DNA of 64,000 nucleotides from Alphaproteobacteria bacterium (lineage in GTDB: Bacteria > Pseudomonadota > Alphaproteobacteria > Rs-D84): assembly GCA_017630405.1 (NCBI GenBank), contig JAGBVH010000015.1:81026-145025 (forward strand), written 5' to 3'. Of this stretch, positions 29,458 through 36,627 are shown piece by piece. Positions within the stretch are counted from its first letter, which is position 1. Every line of letters starts with the position of its first letter. The notes below the pieces were generated by a model. It saw nothing but the letters and a program-made list of their open reading frames with translations, did no database searches and had not been told where the DNA came from. The translations under genes and the position numbers were made by a program.

Positions 29458-30026
29458 AGTACGATGAAATCATAAACAAGATAGGTTCTGGCGATATATT
29501 GTCTGAATACAATCACGCCAATATCATAACGCGCGACAACAATCGTGACTTTTTTCAGTTTGATTGCAGTGGTTTTGTCGCATGGTATATCGGCACAAAT
29601 GGATATCTGCGTGCCTTGGCCGAGGTAAAAAATTACCTTCGTCATACAGATTTATTAAAAATCAATCGTTTTTACTGCCGTGACTTTTCGGCATTTTATA
29701 GTTCTGATTTAAGATATTGGAAAATTCATCGTGATGTGTTGTCTGCTACACCTGAAGATATATTGGTGATTGTCTATAATGACGGAAATGGTCATATGAT
29801 GATTGTGGACAAGGTTTTAAATCGCACAGACAACAGCATTGATTTAAGAATTGTTGATTCAACGCGTCTGTTACATAAAAACGATACTCGCGCACCAAAC
29901 GGTTCTGGTATTGGATATGGAGAAGTAAGATTGTCATGTGATTCAAATGGCGTATATTATGACCCAAACAATCCAACGCGTGTACCTGTTTTGGTTGATG
30001 CGTATATTGCGCGCCCGATTAAATAA
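29454..30026 (+). CDS. NlpC/P60-like cysteine peptidase fold protein (no signal peptide)
   Basis: FDCSGFVAWYIG (catalytic Cys context) and DGNGHMMIVDKV (His context). TTG start overlapping the mnmG stop by 4 nt. Confidence 0.45.
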   Translation: MKYDEIINKIGSGDILSEYNHANIITRDNNRDFFQFDCSGFVAWYIGTNGYLRALAEVKNYLRHTDLLKINRFYCRDFSAFYSSDLRYWKIHRDVLSATPEDILVIVYNDGNGHMMIVDKVLNRTDNSIDLRIVDSTRLLHKNDTRAPNGSGIGYGEVRLSCDSNGVYYDPNNPTRVPVLVDAYIARPIK

Positions 30027-30075
30027 AAAACAACTGGAATTTTTCATAAATATATTCTACAGTCACAACCAGCCC

Positions 30076-30113
30076 GCCGGTGTAGCTCAGCTGGTAGAGC
30101 ATCTCATTCGTAA
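30076..30113 (+). pseudogene. tRNA-Thr(CGU) 5' fragment (acceptor 5' strand, D arm, 5' anticodon stem, anticodon loop)
   Basis: GCCGGTG TA GCTC AGCTGGT AGAGC A TCTCA TTCGTAA. The following sequence AGTCAGTCGG cannot pair with TCTCA. The matching 3' part lies at 36621-36665. Confidence 0.85.
30107..30113 (+). repeat. attL core TTCGTAA (the tRNA anticodon loop)
   Basis: Identical 7-mer at 36621-36627. Confidence 0.7.
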
Positions 30114-30179
30114 AGTCAGTCGGCAAATTTCCTAACCTATTGATTATCGTTGGATTTTAAGTTGTTTTTATTAACCAAA

Positions 30180-30317
30180 GGGACAATGCGGGGACATTTT
30201 TTACAAAAAAATGCAACAATTTGCATATATGTACAACACAATCTGATGTTGCTGCACACACTTAAAAACCGACTAAAATTTATGTGTTTTGCAGTGTAAT
30301 TGTCCCTTGTTTGTCCC
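30180..30317. repeat. left-end cluster of GGGACA / TGTCCC motifs (candidate integrase arm-type sites)
   Basis: GGGACA at 30180-30185 and 30191-30196. TGTCCC at 30301-30306 and 30312-30317. GGGACAAT (30180-30187) and ATTGTCCC (30299-30306) form an inverted pair. Confidence 0.5.
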
Positions 30318-30446
30318 TGTATATAAATCAACCTATCAAAACTAGCATATTATCGGGATTTTTTGGTGGTTAGTCATCTCATTGTATATGTTGAAATCAC
30401 CAAAAAACATCCTATATATTAACCAAATACAAAAGGATTATCCAAG

Positions 30447-31496
30447 ATGGCAACAATAGAAAAGCGCAAGAGTGGAGATGGTTTTGTTTATCGTGCACGT
30501 GTGCGTGTAAAGGGTGCTGAGCCCAGAACAGCGACATTCCCAAATAAGACACTTGCCAAGGCCTGGGCACAGAAGATAGAAGTCGAAATCAAAGAAGGGC
30601 AGTATATGCCCAGCATTCAATCACAAAAACGCACACTGGGCGAAATAATAAGCATTTACAAAGAAAGACATAATCCACTATCAATCACAACATCTGGACA
30701 GCTGGATGTATGGAACGAACAAATGGGCGCATGCAGTTTGAATATGATAACGCCAGACCGTATCTATAACACACTAAAAACGATAGAATCTATAACAACA
30801 CACAATGGACAACCAAAGTCCGCCAGCACATTAAACAGATATTTGGCGGTATTAAGTTCTGCATTAACTTTTGCAGTTAAAGAGTTGGGGTGGATGCGCG
30901 AAAATCCAGCCTTTAAAGTATCACGACGTAACGAGCCAAAGGGACGCGTCAGATTCTTGTCGGATGACGAACGCAACAGATTATTGACCGAGATACAAAA
31001 AGCACCAAACCCATTTTTATACCCAGCGGTTATATTGGCGATTTCAACAGGGGCAAGACGTGGCGAGATATTAAACCTAAAATGGGCAGATGTTGACTTA
31101 CATCGTGGCTGGGCAACGCTGCAAGACACCAAAAATGGCGACAGACGTGGTATTGCGTTGCGTGGTCTGGCATTAGACCTGATGCGCCAACTGTGGGCAA
31201 AGAGATTATCTAACATCTGGGTATTTCCAAACGAAACAAACTCTGGACCATTTAATATCAGATACAGCTGGAACAAAGCGGTTCGTGATGCAAATCTGAT
31301 AGATTTTAGATTTCACGACCTGCGACATACGTGTGCCAGCTATTTAATTATGAACGGTGCATCCCTGGGCGAAATTGCGGACGTTCTGGGACACAAAACA
31401 TTGCAGATGGTACAACGATATGCTCATATATCAGACAGCCACAAGGGTGGTGTTATTGAACGCATGAACGATAAAGTTTTCGGAGAATCAAAATGA
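30447..31496 (+). CDS. int: tyrosine-type site-specific integrase
   Basis: Catalytic signature ARRGEILNLKWADVD (R), FHDLRHTCAS (H-x-x-R), LGHKTLQMVQRYAH (H...Y). N-terminal SAM-like domain. Confidence 0.92.
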   Translation: MATIEKRKSGDGFVYRARVRVKGAEPRTATFPNKTLAKAWAQKIEVEIKEGQYMPSIQSQKRTLGEIISIYKERHNPLSITTSGQLDVWNEQMGACSLNMITPDRIYNTLKTIESITTHNGQPKSASTLNRYLAVLSSALTFAVKELGWMRENPAFKVSRRNEPKGRVRFLSDDERNRLLTEIQKAPNPFLYPAVILAISTGARRGEILNLKWADVDLHRGWATLQDTKNGDRRGIALRGLALDLMRQLWAKRLSNIWVFPNETNSGPFNIRYSWNKAVRDANLIDFRFHDLRHTCASYLIMNGASLGEIADVLGHKTLQMVQRYAHISDSHKGGVIERMNDKVFGESK

Positions 31497-32161
31497 CACA
31501 ACAATTACCTTTTGCCGATATTTTTCCACACTTGCATCCAATGCAAAAATTCACACAGTCCAACTATCCAATACTAGCTGATATTTTATTGGAATACGCA
31601 CAAGATTTGGCACACTATCGTGAAAACTATCTAGATGCCGACAGAATTACTAACGCACTGGATTGGATAAAACAACATGGCGATTTAGACCATAAAACAA
31701 TTAAATGCATCATCAAGCATTTTTGCATTCTTGACTTTAAATCAGATGTAAAAATTCAGACCCATAACAAACAATGGATTGTATGGTTATTCGTTATTGG
31801 TGCTTTCATCCTGATAAATCAAGCAATAGAAAATGACGACATCAATACCGTTAAAAGTGATATTCAAACATGCTTAAAAAACGCACATGACTATAAAAGA
31901 TTGTGGGGCGAAAGAAAAGGTCGTTATAAAGGCGCAAGCAAGACAAACGCCAAGAAAGCTGAAATAAAAAAAACAGTGCTAAAAATAACACGAGAAACAA
32001 ACAATGCAAACCCCGCCAAATCCGATGATGAAAAACTAATCATCATAAAAAACAAATTTAAAAAAACATCCCCCAACAGGGATTTCCCTTACAAAGATTC
32101 TAGTTTTACTAGAAACGATGACGCAAACATGTTTGCCCAGGCTGCAAAGCACAAGCCATAA
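31493..32161 (+). CDS. hypothetical protein (222 aa) with one central hydrophobic helix and Lys-rich C-terminus
   Basis: ATGA overlap with int. WIVWLFVIGAFILINQAI helix. No family recognised. Confidence 0.45.
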   Translation: MTQQLPFADIFPHLHPMQKFTQSNYPILADILLEYAQDLAHYRENYLDADRITNALDWIKQHGDLDHKTIKCIIKHFCILDFKSDVKIQTHNKQWIVWLFVIGAFILINQAIENDDINTVKSDIQTCLKNAHDYKRLWGERKGRYKGASKTNAKKAEIKKTVLKITRETNNANPAKSDDEKLIIIKNKFKKTSPNRDFPYKDSSFTRNDDANMFAQAAKHKP

Positions 32162-32266
32162 AGCCATCACGCTAGCGTTATGGGCAACCGCCTTGATAGG
32201 CGGTATTTTTGCATATATATTTGCCATGAATCCGGATTCGAACAATATCAAAATAAGGAGAAAAAT

Positions 32267-32497
32267 ATGGCAGAAATTGTGCCCAACTTTAAAACAATTC
32301 GGCAATTTGCTGAATCTTATCCTGCATTTACGCAGGGCTCGTTGCGTGATTTGGTGTTTTATGCGGACTATAACGGATTAAATCAATTTGATGCAATCCG
32401 TCGTGTCGGTGCAAAGATACTAATAAACGTTGATAATTTCTTTCGGTGGGTTGATACAAACCCTGCAAGCAAAGGAGGGTTAAATGCAAGAATTTGA
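32267..32497 (+). CDS. excisionase/AlpA-like helix-turn-helix DNA-binding protein (76 aa)
   Basis: Strong SD AAGGAG 7 nt upstream. KTIRQFAE...LRDLV....IRRVGAKILINVDNFFRWV matches the ..GR(K/R)(I/W)LI......W pattern of excisionase-family HTH proteins. The track start at 32180 is judged too early. Confidence 0.5.
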   Translation: MAEIVPNFKTIRQFAESYPAFTQGSLRDLVFYADYNGLNQFDAIRRVGAKILINVDNFFRWVDTNPASKGGLNARI

Positions 32498-33548
32498 CCC
32501 ACAATACGAAAGTGATTATCTGGACAACATCACAGGCGATGATGATATGGACAACACCGTTCAAAAACCGAACATCTTTTCTGTTGGCGATTTATTGGAC
32601 ATGGATTTACCAGAAATCAAATGGCTGCTGTATCCATTTATTCCACAAAAGGGTGTTTGTATGATTTCCGCACCACGCGGTGTCGGGAAATCGTTCTTGG
32701 CGATGACAATGGCTATTTCAATCGCATCATCTATTGACTTTCTGGGTTTCAAAACGGAACAACAATACAAAGTCCTTTATATAGATGGCGAAATGAACGG
32801 CAAGATGCTGCAAGAACGTTTTTCTAAGCTGATTGACGGCATGGAAAAAGATGGCGCAACTGTTAATCGTGAAAATCTAAAAATATTCGGATGCGATTTT
32901 CAGGGTCGTTCATCTATGCCAGATATGTCAAAGCCAGCGCACTGGCGTATCATAGAAAACGCTATCAACAGCATTGGCGGTGTTGACCTTATCATTCTTG
33001 ATAATGTGTTTACCCTGTACGGTTGCCAGGATGAAAATGCAGCATCCAGCTGGCAGGCATTTAACCGATGGTCTGTCAGCCAGCGCATACAAAATCGTTC
33101 TGTCTTGTGGATACACCATACGGGCAAGGATACAGAAAAGGGCGGACGTGGTTCGTCAGCGATTGAAACGCTGATGGATTCGTCCATACTGCTAAAAAGG
33201 CCTGCTGGATATAACCAACAAGATGGCGCAGCGGTTGTTGTAGAATACACAAAAAGCCGCAGCGTTGCTGGCGATGCGGTTGCAAAATTTGCAATCAAAT
33301 TGTGTGGCACAGATAATATACTTTATTGGACAGTCGCAAAAACAGACGAGCAGTCCGAATTGGACGACTTGTTGGATTTTGTCGATAACAAAGGGATGGA
33401 CGTGTCGGAAATCTCAAAAGAAACAGGTATGTCCAAATCTGCACTTTATCGAAAATTCCAGGCAGCTGGAATAAAGGATGTATCCGCACGCGCAAAGCTC
33501 GCCAAACAAAAACAAGCTGAAGACACAAAATCTTTAATTGATATTTAA
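32484..33548 (+). CDS. RepA-like RecA-fold ATPase (AAA_25-type) with C-terminal HTH
   Basis: Walker A ISAPRGVGKSFLAMTMAISIA, Walker B LIILDNVF, WIHHTGKDTEKGGRGSSA sensor region, and C-terminal MDVSEISKETGMSKSALYRKF. Confidence 0.65.
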   Translation: MQEFDPQYESDYLDNITGDDDMDNTVQKPNIFSVGDLLDMDLPEIKWLLYPFIPQKGVCMISAPRGVGKSFLAMTMAISIASSIDFLGFKTEQQYKVLYIDGEMNGKMLQERFSKLIDGMEKDGATVNRENLKIFGCDFQGRSSMPDMSKPAHWRIIENAINSIGGVDLIILDNVFTLYGCQDENAASSWQAFNRWSVSQRIQNRSVLWIHHTGKDTEKGGRGSSAIETLMDSSILLKRPAGYNQQDGAAVVVEYTKSRSVAGDAVAKFAIKLCGTDNILYWTVAKTDEQSELDDLLDFVDNKGMDVSEISKETGMSKSALYRKFQAAGIKDVSARAKLAKQKQAEDTKSLIDI

Positions 33549-33635
33549 TAGCAAGAAAAATCCCATTTTCCCACCCTATTAAGGTACGGGAAAATGGGAA
33601 TTGTGTTTTTGTCCGTTTTTTGTGGATAGTTTTAA

Positions 33636-33896
33636 TCAAATATACTTAGGTTTGCTCTGACGTGGTTCTGTCCGGTATAATTCTTCTGCAATTCTATAAC
33701 TTTCTTTTACTACATAGTTTAATGCTTCTTTTTCTGTTGTGAACCTTCCCACTTCACCACCAGCAACAATAACGACATATTCTATCCCATTAGGTATAAC
33801 AATGTACATTTTTGATACTTCTTTAGCCTTATTATACAGCCAACGTTCTCGTTTCGCTGTATTCACAATCCCCCTAGCCATATTTATCAACCCCAT
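33636..33896 (-). CDS. hypothetical small protein (86 aa)
   Basis: ORF in the minus-strand cargo block. No motif recognised, and the start is uncertain (internal MYIVIPNG possible). Confidence 0.3.
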   Translation of the reverse strand: MGLINMARGIVNTAKRERWLYNKAKEVSKMYIVIPNGIEYVVIVAGGEVGRFTTEKEALNYVVKESYRIAEELYRTEPRQSKPKYI

Positions 33897-33931
33897 ATTA
33901 TTCCTCCTTATTTACAGTATAAACATTTTAG

Positions 33932-34135
33932 TTACCACTCTTCTATTAACATATAAATCCAGCATAAAGCTAGCCAAGCTACAATGGACCACACTCCACT
34001 TCGAAACAATATTTTTATTACTTTACCAACAACCTGGGATTCTTTAACTGTTGTCCCGGCGTTCTTAAAACCACGGCCAATTTTATAAAAAAATCTATCA
34101 ATTGCGTTCTCTGGAATATGTTCTTTTTTCATCAT
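33932..34135 (-). CDS. hypothetical small membrane protein (67 aa)
   Basis: C-terminal TM helix VWSIVAWLALCWIYMLI. Starts 3 nt after the stop of the upstream gene. Confidence 0.35.
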   Translation of the reverse strand: MMKKEHIPENAIDRFFYKIGRGFKNAGTTVKESQVVGKVIKILFRSGVWSIVAWLALCWIYMLIEEW

Positions 34136-34138
34136 TCA

Positions 34139-34912
34139 CTACCTTGTTTTAGATGCCAGAATCATACAAAAAACAAACAACGCTATATAAATCATAGAAA
34201 ATACAGGTGCGTCAAATATTGCAACCAAAACACTAACTATGCCGCCGCATATAACAATATGCTTACCGGTTTCTCTATCGTGTTTACGTGCAATAGATGC
34301 AGGTATAAAAAACAATAACATTCCACCTAGTATGCGACCTAAAATTATCGCCGATAGTTTTGTGTCTTTTTCCGTTATATCCGTATACGAAACATGGGTT
34401 GTTTCACGAAGTTTTTGTTCCGCTTCTTCTGATAGTATGGGTGAAGCAATGTCTGAAACAATTTTACCCGGGACATTTATGGAAGAACGAACTATCCCTT
34501 GCGCCATAGACTCTTTTTGTTTTGAGCCAAGCGTTTTATATCCAGCCCAATCCATATCCTTAACACCATCAACATTATTTACAAACAAAAGCATTGCTTT
34601 TTGCATCTTATTCTCGTGCGTGTTTTCTATTGCTATCGGTTTTACTGGGCTATACTTTACTTTTAAATATTTGTGCGTTCTGTCGTCTGGCAGGTCTGCA
34701 TACAGCTTTCGACCCGGACTTACGATACCGCCAGTATAAGGCATGCCATCATCAGGATTGTCTGTTATTACAACACCACGTTTTTCATTCATTGGGATTT
34801 CTGCCCATCTGCCGTCTTCATACACAACCCTACGCTCCAGTGAGATAGCGGGTGTACATAACGAACCAATTAACAAACACACAAAAAGCATATTGTGTAT
34901 AATCTTATTCAT
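34139..34912 (-). CDS. hypothetical exported protein with C-terminal multi-TM anchor (257 aa)
   Basis: Start at MNKIIHNMLFVCLLIGSLCTPAIS (signal peptide), preceded by a GGAG SD. The C-terminal third has about 3 TM helices. The track ORF extends to 34978 across a terminator hairpin. Confidence 0.45.
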   Translation of the reverse strand: MNKIIHNMLFVCLLIGSLCTPAISLERRVVYEDGRWAEIPMNEKRGVVITDNPDDGMPYTGGIVSPGRKLYADLPDDRTHKYLKVKYSPVKPIAIENTHENKMQKAMLLFVNNVDGVKDMDWAGYKTLGSKQKESMAQGIVRSSINVPGKIVSDIASPILSEEAEQKLRETTHVSYTDITEKDTKLSAIILGRILGGMLLFFIPASIARKHDRETGKHIVICGGIVSVLVAIFDAPVFSMIYIALFVFCMILASKTR

Positions 34913-34929
34913 TTTTGCTCCATTTATAT

Positions 34930-34959
34930 AAAAACAACCGCCATGGGAATTATGGCGGT
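34930..34959 (-). terminator. intrinsic terminator abutting the SD of the 34139..34912 gene
   Basis: 8-bp stem ACCGCCAT/ATGGCGGT (34937-34944 / 34952-34959). The minus strand reads hairpin, then TGTTTTTAT, then AAATGGAGCAAAAATG. Confidence 0.55.
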
Positions 34960-35365
34960 CGGGTGCTTTCAAAATCATAACATGAATGACCCTGTTGCTT
35001 TCGGATAAATCCTATTATATAACAACAGACACCCGGCCAATAAGGTCAGGCAATAACGGTGCGATGCACCATAATGGAATCACGATGCAAACGCACCGCA
35101 TGTTATGGGGTTTGAAAGCCCCGAATCCAATTCCCATCGGATTCATATCTAATTATATCAGGAAAATATGCAAATGTAAAATTTTGATAACCATACTATG
35201 CACCACCCTAAAATTTTTGATGGGGGACCTAGGGGTATCAAATTATAAAGAACAACAAACAATCCCCATGCTAACGCACAGAGATTGTTTCAATGACGAC
35301 TATTAAAATGGTCTGACTATATTTGCCTACACAGCATGCTATCTGCTAAAAAATTAACAATCGTT

Positions 35366-35722
35366 TTAATTTTTATAAAAATACTGCAACGATATTTTCC
35401 AAAGTGCGAACACTTCTGCAAGAGACCCTAAAATAAAACTCACTTGACCAGCAACAGGGAACTCAAGACAACCTGCACCAATTAAAACAAAAACAATACC
35501 TGTAAATACCAGCCACACTATGGATAAAACAACCAAAACCCATGATATTTTATTTCTTATTTTTCTGTTTTCGTCTTGGATGCGATATTCAAGTCCACGC
35601 TTGTACGAATCAAATTCTTCTTTAGAAAATTTCTGCTGATAATCTTTTGGGTCTTTACGAATCCCCTTTAAACCTTTATCTAACAAAGACCCTAATTCTT
35701 CAGAATAATTTTTGATACCCAT
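35366..35722 (-). CDS. small 2-TM protein (118 aa), candidate toxin/effector partner of the Panacea-domain gene
   Basis: Soluble charged N-terminal half, basic stretch RKIRNK, then two TM helices (ISWVLVVLSIVWLVFTGIVFVLIGAG and VSFILGSLAEVFALW). The start codon directly follows the stop of 35723..36223. Confidence 0.45.
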   Translation of the reverse strand: MGIKNYSEELGSLLDKGLKGIRKDPKDYQQKFSKEEFDSYKRGLEYRIQDENRKIRNKISWVLVVLSIVWLVFTGIVFVLIGAGCLEFPVAGQVSFILGSLAEVFALWKISLQYFYKN

Positions 35723-36223
35723 CTATTTACTCCAAAGGTCTTCAAACTCTTTCTTCATATCTTCTTCAGATATAACACAGCTGTTTCTGTTGTTAGAATA
35801 TACTTTTTTCCACGCAGAACCATCTCTATGAGTAAGCCCAACAAGCTCCCAATCTTTAATGTTTTTTGTCATATTGGCAACAGCATCTATGAAAGCACAC
35901 TCATCTTCGCTGCAAGATGTTAAATTTTCACCAAACGCTATCTCAGGAATATAGTCAGAACCAAAAAACTTAAATCTTTGATAAACTTCTGGAACAACAG
36001 GTCCATATTTCCAGGCCTGAATCTCCGCATTGAATAGATGTTTGCCATTTCGAAGTCCCAAAGACAAAACCTGTGCAATATAAAGAATTTTTTGCAAACG
36101 CAAATTCGTTACTTGCCATTTCTGGCTTTCACAAATCTTTTTTGCAACCTTAAACACATCACACATTTTCGCTGACCTGGGGTTATATTTACCGTTTCTC
36201 TCTTTGAGAGAATTATACCACAA
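35723..36223 (-). CDS. Panacea / DUF4065 (SocA-GepA-like) domain protein
   Basis: LRLQKILYIAQVLSLGLRNGKHLFNAEIQAWKYGPVVPEVYQRFKFFG matches the characteristic KLQKLLYYAQ...F.AW..GPV.PEVY..FK..G core. An alternative start MCDVFK lies at 36166. Confidence 0.7.
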   Translation of the reverse strand: MWYNSLKERNGKYNPRSAKMCDVFKVAKKICESQKWQVTNLRLQKILYIAQVLSLGLRNGKHLFNAEIQAWKYGPVVPEVYQRFKFFGSDYIPEIAFGENLTSCSEDECAFIDAVANMTKNIKDWELVGLTHRDGSAWKKVYSNNRNSCVISEEDMKKEFEDLWSK

Positions 36224-36254
36224 ATGGCAAAAAAAATCAATACAAATGATATGA

Positions 36255-36330
36255 TGGTGCCGGTGATAAGACTTGAACTTACGACCTTTGCATTACGAAT
36301 GCACTGCTCTACCAGCTGAGCTACACCGGC
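36255..36330 (-). tRNA. tRNA-Thr (anticodon CGT), complete, carried inside the element
   Basis: The reverse complement reads GCCGGTG TA GCTC AGCTGGT AGAGC A GTGCA TTCGTAA TGCAA AGGTC GTAAG TTCAAGT CTTAT CACCGGC ACCA. The first 26 nt are identical to the split host gene. Confidence 0.9.
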
Positions 36331-36397
36331 AACATCGGGCAGTATATCCTATCATCAAAACAATTTCAAGCATCCGTTTTAGGATTTTATAAAATAA

Positions 36398-36501
36398 ATT
36401 GTCCCCTGACGGAAACTGACCAAAAACACATGAATAAAGCAGCCATAAACATCCACCAGCAAGCAATCCAGCGCAATCTGGCCAGGGACACTATAGGGAC
36501 A
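36398..36501. repeat. right-end cluster of TGTCCC / GGGACA motifs (candidate arm-type sites)
   Basis: ATTGTCCC at 36398-36405. GGGACA at 36485-36490 and 36496-36501. Confidence 0.45.
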
Positions 36502-36620
36502 AAACGCTGCATAAACTGCAGCGAATTACAATTAGCTACAATCATAAAAAAACAACAAAAACCGCGGTAATCCGCTTGATTTTTGTTGCAGATTGTTGTA
36601 GATTACACATAGTGCTATCC

Positions 36621-36627
36621 TTCGTAA
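36621..36627 (+). repeat. attR core TTCGTAA
   Basis: Direct repeat of 30107-30113. Confidence 0.7.

Larger units (their letters stand above)
30107..36627 (+). mobile_element. integrative element (about 6.5 kb) inserted in the anticodon loop of tRNA-Thr(CGU)
   Basis: Bounded by 7-bp direct repeats TTCGTAA (30107-30113 and 36621-36627) that separate the two halves of one tRNA gene. There is a tyrosine integrase next to the left end, clustered GGGACA/TGTCCC repeats near both ends, and xis-like and RepA-like genes. Confidence 0.8.

Noticed and set aside
34986-35306. 106-aa plus-strand ORF in the island spacer
   Set aside because: It has no SD, an unusual composition and no motif, and it lies across several hairpins. 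The region is treated as non-coding (see the spacer finding).
30076-36330. Idea that the split tRNA and the inverted intact tRNA result from an inversion between two anticodon loops
   Set aside because: Swapping halves would join TCTCA with TGCAA and GTGCA with TGAGG, and neither pair forms a stem. As they stand, each tRNA is internally self-consistent, so a simple inversion does not explain the arrangement.
30107-36627. Idea that the interruption of tRNA-Thr is an intron (group I introns do occur in bacterial tRNA anticodon loops)
   Set aside because: The insert is 6.5 kb, is flanked by a 7-bp duplication, encodes a tyrosine integrase plus xis-like and RepA-like genes, and shows no intron-like core that I can see. 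An integrative element explains all of these features.
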